This document shows, piece after piece, positions 1 through 8,040 of a DNA stretch of 32,846 nt. This stretch comes from Candidatus Acidiferrales bacterium (lineage in GTDB: Bacteria > Acidobacteriota > Terriglobia > Acidiferrales > 2-02-FULL-67-57), in the NCBI GenBank assembly GCA_050747425.1, contig JBOGNW010000246.1, positions 1 to 32,846 on the forward strand, read 5' to 3'. The first letter of the stretch is position 1, and each line of letters opens with the position of its first letter. The position numbers and the translations under genes are program-made. Under the pieces are notes generated by a model. That model worked only from the letters and a program-made list of their open reading frames with translations, was not told the origin of the DNA and searched no databases.

Positions 1-37
1 CCGTTGATGAAGTTTTTGTAGACTTTCGGAGCGGCCA
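1..37 (-). CDS. 5' end (12 codons) of a gene running off the window. The N-terminus MAAPKVYKNFING resembles aldehyde dehydrogenase family N-termini.
   Basis: ATG at 37..35 lies 8 nt downstream of AGGAGG (51..46). The KNFINGEW-type N-terminus is recalled from aldehyde dehydrogenases. Only 12 residues are visible. Confidence 0.35.
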
Positions 38-98
38 TGACTACGCCTCCTGCTGAAGCGCGCGCTCGGACAGTCGGGGCGCGCAAGCGGAAACAAAA

Positions 99-127
99 AA
101 TCTAACAGAAGGGTCCGCGATGGTCAA
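99..127 (-). promoter_or_regulatory. Candidate sigma70-type promoter for the gene starting at 37
   Basis: Minus strand reads TTGACC (127..122), a 17-nt spacer, then TAGATT (104..99). It sits about 60 nt upstream of the ATG at 37. Confidence 0.4.
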
Positions 128-178
128 TGAACAGCGGCGCGGGGTAGTGCCACAATTTGATCTGTCAAGGCGAGCTGC

Positions 179-1105
179 TCACTTCATTGCTAGATAAGAG
201 AAAATGACACTTGAAACCCAGGCGATGAATCCCACTGCAAACACCTGTTTCCTGTTCTGAAGCCCCATGAGCCGGAAGTGCCCGGGATAGACCGTGAGTG
301 CAAACAACAGATATCCAAGGTTGCCTATTCCGTACAGCCAAGCAAAAAATAAACTACCAGATTTGGCCCATGCCCAGATTAGGGCGCTCACCGGATAAGC
401 CATGACAAGCAGATTCCAGCGCGGAACAGGGGTCGGGGTTCCTGTTTCCCTAATTGGTGAATAACTTACCTTTTGAACCTCCGCCATAAGATTGTCGAGC
501 GCCATCTTCTTCCATTCGTTGATCGCTACTTGGGCAACGGGCATTATGACTCCTATATCTTTTTCTTCGTGACCACATAGATTTGCAACATTTGAAGCTA
601 GCTTCGTAAACAGAGCTTGTAGTTTTGGGGTGAGTCGCTGCTCGCCTTGCCCTGACGAATCAAATTGCGTGCATTCTGTATATTCCAATTCCGCCTCATT
701 CAACTTGTCGTAAAACTCGCCAGTCATCTTCTGTTTGAGATCATCTGGCCAATGGGCGAAATACGAGTCTATCGCTACTGAGGATATTAATGGGCCAAGG
801 TAACCTTGGAGCTTTCGTATTTGTGGCTCTGGCAGTTGGACGAAGGCGTGTCGCGTCGTCAAATGCATATAGAAATAAATGAACTCATAAAATATAAAAA
901 TCTCCTGCTGCAATCGTTCTTTTTCTGTAGGCGCATTAATTATTTCTTTAACCGAATCACAGCAATTGGTAGATGCTTGGATTATTGCCCGACCAACTTC
1001 CCCCAGCGGTTTGTATTCTTTCTCCACCCGCTTGTGTGTTTCATGGAAAAGCTTTTTGATTTCACGTTCTTGCGAGCTACCGAATAGTCTAGAGAAGATA
1101 GGCAT
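179..1105 (-). CDS. Orphan hypothetical membrane protein, 308 aa. A helical soluble N-domain is followed by 3 predicted C-terminal TM helices. Low-GC, foreign codon usage.
   Basis: Track ORF 179..1249 was trimmed to the ATG at 1105..1103, which is preceded by AGGAGG (1115..1110) with a 4-nt spacer. The AT-rich composition starts at this ATG. TM segments are WNLLVMAYPVSALIWAWA, LFFAWLYGIGNLGYLLFALTV and VFAVGFIAWVSSVIFSYLA. I recognise no family motif. Confidence 0.7.
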   Translation of the reverse strand: MPIFSRLFGSSQEREIKKLFHETHKRVEKEYKPLGEVGRAIIQASTNCCDSVKEIINAPTEKERLQQEIFIFYEFIYFYMHLTTRHAFVQLPEPQIRKLQGYLGPLISSVAIDSYFAHWPDDLKQKMTGEFYDKLNEAELEYTECTQFDSSGQGEQRLTPKLQALFTKLASNVANLCGHEEKDIGVIMPVAQVAINEWKKMALDNLMAEVQKVSYSPIRETGTPTPVPRWNLLVMAYPVSALIWAWAKSGSLFFAWLYGIGNLGYLLFALTVYPGHFRLMGLQNRKQVFAVGFIAWVSSVIFSYLAMK

Positions 1106-1255
1106 ATTGCCTCCTGTTGCGGTTCCCTCTCTGGATCCTTGCGGCAACATAGCCGCCCAGCGTTCCCAATGCTGAGCGGCGAGCAACCCCGCGGACCGCA
1201 GGGTACGAGTCCGCTGGAGCGACGGGTTAGGTCGCCACCCAAAAAGCACACTAGG

Positions 1256-1282
1256 ATATTACTCGGGAGAAGTGCCTCTCAA
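1256..1282 (-). promoter_or_regulatory. Weak candidate promoter upstream of the orphan gene
   Basis: Minus strand reads TTGAGA (1282..1277), a 15-nt spacer, then TAATAT (1261..1256). The spacer is shorter than optimal. It would give a ~145-nt GC-rich leader. Confidence 0.25.
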
Positions 1283-1369
1283 CGGATATCTCCAGCGGCC
1301 CAGGCGAACACCTTGTCATCATCGAGTTGACACGGCTGGCTTTGCTCCATTTTTCGTCGCGGCCAACGT

Positions 1370-2519
1370 CTAGGCGGCGCCGCCGGTGGCCTCGTCCATC
1401 GGATAGGGCGGGGGCACCAGTCCCTGGCGGCGGGCGACCAAATAGGCACGGATGAACGGGGCGAGCTCGCCGTCGAGGACCGCATTCACGTTCCCGGTCT
1501 CCAGCTTGGTGCGGTGGTCTTTCACCAGTTGGTAGGGGTGCAGGACATAGGAGCGGATCTGGCTGCCGAAGCTGATGTCGGCTTTGGTGTCCTCGAGCTT
1601 GCGCGCGGCATCCATCCGCTTTTGCAGCTCGTGCTGGTAGAGGCGCGAGCGCAGGATTTTCATAGCCACTTCGCGGTTCTTGTGCTGGGAGCGTTCGTTC
1701 TGGCACTGGGCGACGATGTTGGTGGGCAGGTGGGTGATGCGCACGGCCGAGTCGGTGACGTTGACGTGCTGGCCGCCGTGGCCGCTGGAGCGGTAGGTGT
1801 CTATGCGCAGGTCTTCGTCGCGGATGGTGACCTCGATGCGGTCGTCCACTTCCAGGGTGACGAACACGGAGGCGAAGGAGGTGTGGCGGCGCGCGTTGGC
1901 GTCGAAGGGCGAAATGCGCACCAGGCGATGCACGCCAATCTCGGAGAGCAGCAGGCCGAAGGCGCTCTCGCCCTGCACGGTGAAGGTGACCGACTTGAGG
2001 CCCGCTTCCTCGCCCGGCTGAATGTCGGTGATGGAGGCGGCCAAGCCTTTGCGCTCCGCCCAGCGCAGGTACATGCGCAGCAGCATTTCCGCCCAGTCCT
2101 GCGATTCGACGCCGCCGGCGCCGGGGTGAATGGTGACGATGGCGTTGCGGTGGTCGTGGGGGCCAAAGAGGAGAGTTTCGGTTTCCGCCTCGTCCAGGTC
2201 GCGGCGCAGGAGGTCGAGCGCGGCGCGCAGGTCTTTCTCGACCGGCTCGCCTTCGTGAGCCAGCTCCACCAGCGCCGTCAGGTCGCCCAGGTGGCGGGTG
2301 AGGGACTGGGCGGTCTCGCTCTGGCGCTCCAGGTGCTTGCGCTGCTGGAGGAGCTTCTGGGCGATCTCCGGCTGGTTCCAGAGGTCGGGCTGATGGATTT
2401 TCTTATCGAGGGCGGCGAGCTCGGTTTCGAGGCGGGGAAGGTCAAAGATAGCTCCGCAACTCGTCGGCGCGGCGCCGCATCTCGTTAAACTCTCGTTCCA
2501 GTTCTTCGCGAGTCTCCAT
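1370..2519 (-). CDS. prfB: Peptide chain release factor 2, expressed via a programmed +1 ribosomal frameshift
   Basis: Frame 0 is ATG 2519..2517 then METREELEREFNEMRRRADELRSYL, ending at an in-frame TGA (2444..2442). The +1 frame continues from GAC 2443..2441 (DLPRLETELAALDKKIHQPDLWNQ...) into track ORF 1370..2269. That ORF carries the SPF motif (RISPFDANARRHTSFASV) and the GGQ motif (SSGHGGQHVN). Confidence 0.95.
2441..2456 (-). promoter_or_regulatory. prfB +1 frameshift site (SD-like GGAG, then UAU CUU UGA C)
   Basis: Minus strand reads CGG AGC TAT CTT TGA C. This matches the canonical RF2 autoregulatory CUU UGA C slippery/stop context, with an upstream SD-like element. Confidence 0.9.
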
Positions 2520-2522
2520 CGC

Positions 2523-4103
2523 TCAAGCCTCCACGGCCTCCAGCCAAAACTTGCGGGCGCAGGCGGCTACGGTCACCAGCGCGCAGAGCGCCGGGAACCA
2601 GTCGCCGTTGCGCGCGTAAAAGCTCTGCTGGCGGCTGAAGTCGAACCCGGCCACCAGCGCGGTGCGCTCGTAGGGCTTCGCCTGCGCCACGATGCGCCCG
2701 TAAGGGTCGACAACGGCGGTGAAGCCTGTGTTGGTGGCGCGCAGCAGAAACCGCCGCGTCTCCACGGCGCGCAGCCGGGCCATGTTCAGGTGCTGCGCCG
2801 GAGCGGCCGAGCGGCCGAACCAGCCGTCGTTCGAGATGTTCACCACCACCTCGGCGCCGCGGGCCACCGCGGTGCGCACCAGGCCGGGAAAGATGGCCTC
2901 ATAGCAGATGATGACGGTCAGCCTGCCCTGCCCGCTCGGGGCGAGCCCTCGGGGCGAGCCCACCGGCATCACCGCCGCTTCGCGGCCCGGGTGGAAATCG
3001 CTCACTTCTCTGACCATCCCGCCGAGAAACTTCAGCCAGCCCGCCCACGGCAAGTACTCGCCGAAAGGGACCAGGTGAATTTTATCATACTGGCCGACGA
3101 AGCCTCCGGCGGAGGAGATGAGAGCGGCGCTGTTGTAGACGTAGGGCTTGCCGTCGGGCCCCGGGCGGTAATCAATGATTCCCACCAGAAAATCGCTGCG
3201 GGTGGCTTGCGCCAACTGGAGAAGCTGGCCACGCATGGCGGGGTCGTGGTGGAAATAGATGGAGACCGGAAGCTCGGGCCAGACGATGAGGGTGGGCGCG
3301 GACTGCTGGCCCCGCCAAAGGCGGGGCTGGCGGGCGGTTTCGCGGGTCAGTTCTTCGAGTTGCGCGATTTCTTGCCGGTTGTGCTCGATCCAGCGCGGGT
3401 CGAAAGTCTCTTGTTGGGGAAGATTGGTTTGCACCAGCACGGCGGTGTTGGTGGTCGGAACCGGAGACAGCTGCCAGGCCCACAATTGCGCCGAAAACAG
3501 GGCTAAGGCCGCCAAAAGCAGGGCGAATCCGCGCGCGCGCGTCGGCGCCAGCCAGTACGCGGCGAGCAGTGCGTTCCCGGAGGCCAGCAGGAAAGAAATG
3601 CCATACACGCCGGTGTAGGCGGCGGGCTGAACCCAGCCGATGTGCGGCGCCACGGCATAGCCGAGAAGGTTCCAGGGAAAGCCGCCAAAAAAGATGTAGG
3701 TGCGCAGCCACTCGGCCGCGACCCAGAGGAAGGGCGCCAGCACCAGAGCGAGAATTTGCCAGCGGCGTGCCAACTCGCCCATCAGCAGAGAAAAAAAACC
3801 TAGAAACAGAGCGAACGCCACTACAAATAGCACCAGCACGCCCGCGGCGGCCAAAGCCGGGAGATGGCCGTAGATGCGCATGACGTCGTAAATCCAGGCG
3901 CAGGTGCCAGCAAAAAAAACCAAGCCGGCGAGGTAGCCGAGCCAGAAACAACGCAGGCGCGAGCGCGGAATGGTGAGGGTCGCCACCAGCGGGGTGAGAG
4001 CCACCCAGCCCAGCAGCGTGAGCTGGGCGTGCGGAAAACACAAGATGAGGAGGAGGCCGGTAAGCAACGCGCACAGGCTGGGGTGGCGGGTGGGCGAGAG
4101 CAA
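2523..4103 (-). CDS. lnt: Apolipoprotein N-acyltransferase (multi-TM N-domain plus CN-hydrolase domain)
   Basis: CN-hydrolase signatures are present: IVWPE, KIHLVPFGEYLP, VIICYEAIFP, NISNDGWF. The stop TGA at 2525..2523 is 3 nt before the prfB ATG. The start is uncertain. I chose the in-frame TTG at 4103..4101, just after the upstream stop, giving MLSPTRHPSLCALLTG... No clear SD is present. The track start at 4256 would overlap the upstream gene by 149 nt. Confidence 0.85.
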   Translation of the reverse strand: MLSPTRHPSLCALLTGLLLILCFPHAQLTLLGWVALTPLVATLTIPRSRLRCFWLGYLAGLVFFAGTCAWIYDVMRIYGHLPALAAAGVLVLFVVAFALFLGFFSLLMGELARRWQILALVLAPFLWVAAEWLRTYIFFGGFPWNLLGYAVAPHIGWVQPAAYTGVYGISFLLASGNALLAAYWLAPTRARGFALLLAALALFSAQLWAWQLSPVPTTNTAVLVQTNLPQQETFDPRWIEHNRQEIAQLEELTRETARQPRLWRGQQSAPTLIVWPELPVSIYFHHDPAMRGQLLQLAQATRSDFLVGIIDYRPGPDGKPYVYNSAALISSAGGFVGQYDKIHLVPFGEYLPWAGWLKFLGGMVREVSDFHPGREAAVMPVGSPRGLAPSGQGRLTVIICYEAIFPGLVRTAVARGAEVVVNISNDGWFGRSAAPAQHLNMARLRAVETRRFLLRATNTGFTAVVDPYGRIVAQAKPYERTALVAGFDFSRQQSFYARNGDWFPALCALVTVAACARKFWLEAVEA

Positions 4104-4107
4104 AGCG

Positions 4108-4629
4108 TCAGCGCCGGACGATAGCCCGGAAGCCCTGGGCTTCCAGGCGCCGCTGGGCGGCGTCGGCCAGCTCGGAGGATTCAAAGGGGCCCACTTGCAC
4201 ACGGAAGAAACGATCATCACGCGGCGGACGAATGACGGAGGGGAAACCCAGCTCAAGCAGGCGCTGCGCCAGCCGCTTGGCTTCCGCTTCCTGGGTGACG
4301 GCCGCGACCTGCAAGTAAATCGGCTCTCCTTTGGCCGCAGTGGCGCTTACGGGCGGAGGTTGTTTCTCGGGTTGGGCCGGCAGATTTCCCGGCGCTGGCT
4401 TGCCCTCCACGTGCTCGTAGAAGGTCAGGTCGGTAGAAGGATTTGAGGCCCCGGCGGTCGGCGCTTTGGGCGGTGAGACGAGAGCTTTTTGCGGAACAGC
4501 CTGGGTGCGGCCGAGAACATAGCCCAGGGTGAAGAAAATCGCGCACAACAATACCACTAGGAAGAAAACTCCGAGCAAGTGGCGCGGTCCCAGTACCACG
4601 TCGGAGTGGTCGCCCTTTTCTTTCGTCAT
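4108..4629 (-). CDS. SPOR-domain (peptidoglycan-binding, FtsN/DedD-like) membrane-anchored protein
   Basis: It has an N-terminal TM (LLGVFFLVVLLCAIFFTLGYVLG), a Pro-rich linker, and a C-terminal SPOR-like domain (YLQVAAVTQEAEAKRLAQRLLELGFPSVI...FFRVQVGPFESSELADAAQRRLEAQGF). A strong SD (GGAAGGAGGAAGA) precedes the ATG at 4629. Confidence 0.8.
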   Translation of the reverse strand: MTKEKGDHSDVVLGPRHLLGVFFLVVLLCAIFFTLGYVLGRTQAVPQKALVSPPKAPTAGASNPSTDLTFYEHVEGKPAPGNLPAQPEKQPPPVSATAAKGEPIYLQVAAVTQEAEAKRLAQRLLELGFPSVIRPPRDDRFFRVQVGPFESSELADAAQRRLEAQGFRAIVRR

Positions 4630-4645
4630 TCTTCCTCCTTCCCTC

Positions 4646-5395
4646 CTACTTCCCCTCGGGCGGCTTCAGCCAGCCTCTCAGTATGTCCACCGGAATCGGA
4701 AACACGATGGTGGTGTTGCGCTCGACCCCGATCTCGGTGAGGGTTTGCAGGTAGCGGAGCTGGACAGAAATGGGCTCGGTGGCCAGGGTGTGGGCGGCGT
4801 CGGCGAGGCGTTGAGAGGCCTGCTGTTCGCCCTCGGCGTGGATGATCTTGGCGCGGCGCTCGCGTTCCGCTTCGGCCTGCTTGGCGATGGCGCGCTTCAT
4901 CTCTTCGGGCAGGTCCACCGCCTTAACCTGAACCATGGTGACCTTGATGCCCCAAGGGTCGGTCTGCTCGTCGAGGATTTCCTGCAAACGGGCGTTGACC
5001 TTTTCCCGGTGGGCGAGCAGGTCGTCGAGCTCCACCTGGCCGAGCACGTCGCGCAGGGCGAGTTGAGCGAGCTGCGAGGTGGCGTAGAGGTAGTTTTCAA
5101 TGGTGACCACGGCGCGGTTCGGGTCAACGACCTTAAAATAGGTAACGGCGTTGACACGCACGGTTACGTTATCGCGGGTGATGATGTCCTGCGGCGGCAC
5201 GTCCAACGTGACAATGCGCAGGGACAGGCGCAGCAGGCGGTCGATGGGCCACCAGATCCACACCAGGCCGGGGCCGAGCGGGTGGGGGCGCAATTTACCC
5301 AAACGCAAGATGACGCCCCGTTCCCATTCGTTCATAATCTTCAGGCAGTTCAAGACCCAGACGATGAGAATCACCAACCCAACCAGTACCGGCAT
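4646..5395 (-). CDS. SPFH/Band 7 (stomatin/slipin-like) membrane protein
   Basis: Track ORF 4646..5635 was trimmed to the ATG at 5395 (MPVLVGLVILIVWVLNCLKIMNEWERGVILRLGKL...). This start is 2 nt after the NfeD stop (TAACCATG). The N-terminal TM plus SPFH core sequence is typical of the family. Confidence 0.9.
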   Translation of the reverse strand: MPVLVGLVILIVWVLNCLKIMNEWERGVILRLGKLRPHPLGPGLVWIWWPIDRLLRLSLRIVTLDVPPQDIITRDNVTVRVNAVTYFKVVDPNRAVVTIENYLYATSQLAQLALRDVLGQVELDDLLAHREKVNARLQEILDEQTDPWGIKVTMVQVKAVDLPEEMKRAIAKQAEAERERRAKIIHAEGEQQASQRLADAAHTLATEPISVQLRYLQTLTEIGVERNTTIVFPIPVDILRGWLKPPEGK

Positions 5396-5397
5396 GG

Positions 5398-6726
5398 TTA
5401 CTCCTTTTGAGGGCTCACGAGAGTCGCGGCCGTGCCCTCGACGGGTTCGACGTGCAAGACCAAACCGTTCACTCCCACTACGCGTACACTCTCTCCCAGA
5501 CGGAGCGGGCGCGCCGCGGTGGCTGTCCACAACTCCCCGCTGACAAAAACCAGGCCCTTGCGCCCCTCGGGAATTTCCTGGCGGACTTCGCCGCGCGCTC
5601 CCAGCAGGGACCCCTGGCCGACGCCCGCCCGCCATTTGCGCGAACGCAAGACCAGCCGCAGGAGCAGAACCGTTATGACGGCGAAGGGAACGGCTACCGC
5701 CAGCGCCAGTTGCCAGCGCACCTGCAATTCCGGGATGGGGGGCGACTCAATCAGCATCATCGCTCCCAGAACCATAGCCACGATGCCGCCGGCGGCCAGA
5801 ACCCCGTGGCTAGCGTAAAAGGCCTCCAGGATGAAAAGCGCCACGGAGAGGACAATCAGCAAGACGGCGGCGTAGTTGACCGGCAGCAAATGTAGGGCAA
5901 ACAAGGCCAAAACCAAGCAAATCCCACCCGTTACGCCCGCGAGAATAAAGCCCGGATGATTGAATTCGATGTACAGGCCGAGGATGCCGAAGACCAGCAG
6001 CAGGAAAGCGATGTTGGGGTCCACCAGGCGGCTCAGGAAGCGTTGCCGCTGCGTCATCTCCCACGGTTCCACGCGCACGTCGGCCAGGGCAAGCGTTTGG
6101 GTGCGACCGTCGAAGCGCAAGATGGCCCGGCCGCGAAACTGCTCGAAGATTTGCTCGCGCGACTCGTAAACGGCATCAATGAGTTTGGCTTCCAGGGCTT
6201 CCTGTTCGGTGAAGGACTTGGCTTCGGTGACAGCCAGTTGCGCCACTTCCGGGTTGCGGTGGCGCTTGGAAGCGAAGCTGCGCAGATAGGCCGCGGCGTC
6301 GTTGGTGATTTTCTTGCGCAGGGTTTCGTCGATCTGCCCGCCGCCGAAAGCCACGGGAGAAGAAGCGCCCGTGGTCGTCCCCGAAGCCATCACCGCCACG
6401 TCCGCCGCCAGCAGAATGAAAAACCCGGCGGAGGCGGCGCGGCTGCCGGTGGGAGCCACGTAAACAATCACCGGGACTTTGGAGGCTGTGATGCGATCCA
6501 CCATCTCCCGCATAGAAGTTTCCAAGCCGCCGGGTGTGTGCAGCCAAATGAGAACCGCGTCGGCGTTGATTTTTTCGGCGTGCTCGATGCCGTCCACCAG
6601 GTATTCCGCGGTAATTGAATGAACGATCTCATCCTGGAGGCGGATTTCCACCACGGTGCCCGCAGCCGCGGTAGAGGCCGACAGAAGAAAAGCGCCGACC
6701 GCAAAGAGAGGGAGGAACTTTCTCAT
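5398..6726 (-). CDS. NfeD-family membrane-bound ClpP-class serine protease (long NfeD, stomatin operon partner)
   Basis: Trimmed to the ATG at 6726 (MRKFLPLFAVGAFLLSASTAAAG, signal-like). It has a ClpP-like N-domain (VYVAPTGSRAASAGFFILLAADV), central TM helices, and a C-terminal NfeD OB domain (GLVFVSGELWTATAARPLRLGESVRVVGVNGLVLHVEP). Its ATG overlaps the upstream stop as ATGA (6726..6723). Confidence 0.85.
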   Translation of the reverse strand: MRKFLPLFAVGAFLLSASTAAAGTVVEIRLQDEIVHSITAEYLVDGIEHAEKINADAVLIWLHTPGGLETSMREMVDRITASKVPVIVYVAPTGSRAASAGFFILLAADVAVMASGTTTGASSPVAFGGGQIDETLRKKITNDAAAYLRSFASKRHRNPEVAQLAVTEAKSFTEQEALEAKLIDAVYESREQIFEQFRGRAILRFDGRTQTLALADVRVEPWEMTQRQRFLSRLVDPNIAFLLLVFGILGLYIEFNHPGFILAGVTGGICLVLALFALHLLPVNYAAVLLIVLSVALFILEAFYASHGVLAAGGIVAMVLGAMMLIESPPIPELQVRWQLALAVAVPFAVITVLLLRLVLRSRKWRAGVGQGSLLGARGEVRQEIPEGRKGLVFVSGELWTATAARPLRLGESVRVVGVNGLVLHVEPVEGTAATLVSPQKE

Positions 6727-7997
6727 TCGACACTTCCCTCTTGCGCCCGCGCCGCGGGGAGATGGCCCGCGGGAGCGACGGTGGGCCGGTGCCAATCCGA
6801 GCTGAAGTGCTGTTCGAGGCGGTCTACGCCCGATTCCAAGGGGTCGGCACTACTTCCCTTCAGCGGTCCAGCCCGTTCTTTTTCCTGCCCGGCTTCCGCT
6901 TTACGCCCGAGACGGGTGAGGGCGTGGGCAAGAAACAGATGTGCCCGGGAGTCGTCAGGATTCAGCTCCAGGGTGCGGCTGAAGGCGCGCACAGCCTCCT
7001 GCCAGCGGCGCCAACGGCTGTAATGCAGGCCGAGATTGAAGAGGGCGTCGGCATGGTCGGGCTGAGTTTCGAGGGCGCGCTCGAAGTAGCGCACCGCCGA
7101 CTCGTTTTCCCCTTGCCGGGACGCAAACACACCCAGATTGTTCCACAGGGCGGGCACCCGAAGGCGCTCGGCAACGGCAGCCAGCGTCTCACGGGCGCGG
7201 GCGTAGGCGCCCGAGTAGAAATGGCAGAGAGAAAGATAGAAGCCGGCCTCTGGCGCGGAAGGATCATCGGCGGCCACGCGGCTGAACCAAGCAGCGGCGG
7301 TGGGATAACTCGCGTCCTCGAAGTACAGTTGGCCCAGGCGGAAGGCAGGCGCGGAATAGGCCGGGGCCAGGTGGGTGGATTGCAGAAAGTAGCGGCGTTG
7401 CTGCTCGCGGTTCAAGGCCAGCAGGCCGCGGACGTAGCTCTCGAAGGCGCTGGGGGGCACAGGGGGGAGCCGTTCGAGAAAAGTTTCGCGAGGCAGCACG
7501 AGGTTGGGGTCGAGGCGACGTTCCACATTCCAGGCCAACTGGCCCTGAACCTCCAGCAAACTCGCCAAGGGACCGGATTCCTCCGCCCAAGGGGAAAGGC
7601 GTAAACTGCGCAGATCAAGCGCCTGAGCCGAGGCGCGCAACTGGCCGTCTGCCACCGTATAACTGCCCCAAACTACCCAATCGGCTTCTGCCACTTCTCC
7701 CAAGCGAATCCAACTCGCGCGTGTGAGAGGAAGGGTGGCCGGCAGCCCGTGGCGGGCGAGAAGGGCCAGACGTTCTTCCCGCGTCACCACCCTGTGCCCG
7801 TAGGGAGCCAGGTCGGCGCTCAGAGTCTCGACAAAACTCTCCGCGAGCCATTCTAGCTCGGGGGCTGAGGTTGCGCCCTCAAAGGGAACCACCAAGACCC
7901 GGGCGGCCGCCGCCGGCACGGGCGAGGCTAGGAACAGCCAGAAGACAGCACAGAGAAGGCGGACTCGTGGGCTCCCAAACGCCATCCTGTCAGGCAT
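6723..7997 (-). CDS. Secreted TPR-repeat protein with an N-terminal TolB-N/LpoB/CsgG-like domain
   Basis: Trimmed to the ATG at 7997; the ATG at 7985 is an alternative. The N-terminus MPDRMAFGSPRVRLLCAVFWLFLASPVPAAAA is a signal peptide. The N-domain pattern is RVLVVPFEGATSAPELEWLAESFVETLSADL...VVTREE...ADWVVWGSY. The C-terminal half has TPR-like repeats (AGFYLSLCHFYSGAYARARE, WNNLGVFASRQGENESAVRYFERALE, LFNLGLHYSRWRRWQEAVRAFSRTLE). Confidence 0.75.
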   Translation of the reverse strand: MPDRMAFGSPRVRLLCAVFWLFLASPVPAAAARVLVVPFEGATSAPELEWLAESFVETLSADLAPYGHRVVTREERLALLARHGLPATLPLTRASWIRLGEVAEADWVVWGSYTVADGQLRASAQALDLRSLRLSPWAEESGPLASLLEVQGQLAWNVERRLDPNLVLPRETFLERLPPVPPSAFESYVRGLLALNREQQRRYFLQSTHLAPAYSAPAFRLGQLYFEDASYPTAAAWFSRVAADDPSAPEAGFYLSLCHFYSGAYARARETLAAVAERLRVPALWNNLGVFASRQGENESAVRYFERALETQPDHADALFNLGLHYSRWRRWQEAVRAFSRTLELNPDDSRAHLFLAHALTRLGRKAEAGQEKERAGPLKGSSADPLESGVDRLEQHFSSDWHRPTVAPAGHLPAARAQEGSVE

Positions 7998-8040
7998 TAT
8001 AGCAGAAGGCCGCGGTCGCCTCGGGAGCGGTGATGAACCG

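Noticed and set aside
60-84. Strong GC hairpin (gcgcgctcgg / cggggcgcgc), considered as a terminator for the orphan gene
   Set aside because: On the minus strand the T-run precedes the stem rather than following it. The hairpin also lies downstream of the predicted promoter for the next gene. It is more likely a 5'-UTR structure.
1152-1235. tRNA-like arms (5-bp stem with a 7-nt loop, GC-rich stems) that could have marked a tRNA or att site next to the low-GC gene
   Set aside because: No cloverleaf can be assembled. There is no T-loop TTCRA consensus. The loop of the candidate anticodon arm has a pyrimidine at position 37. There is no acceptor stem or CCA context.
1514-2488. 324-aa plus-strand ORF
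   Set aside because: It is antisense to prfB, which carries clear SPF/GGQ motifs. The translation is low-complexity and Ala/Gly/Val-rich.
5396-5635. N-terminal extensions of track ORFs. Examples are SPFH 4646..5635, proS to 13791, tsf to 29850, rplM to 31826 and TPR to 9114.
   Set aside because: The extensions overlap the upstream gene, are Arg/Pro/Gly-rich, and lack homology to the family N-termini. Internal starts with SD sequences lie directly after the upstream stop codons.
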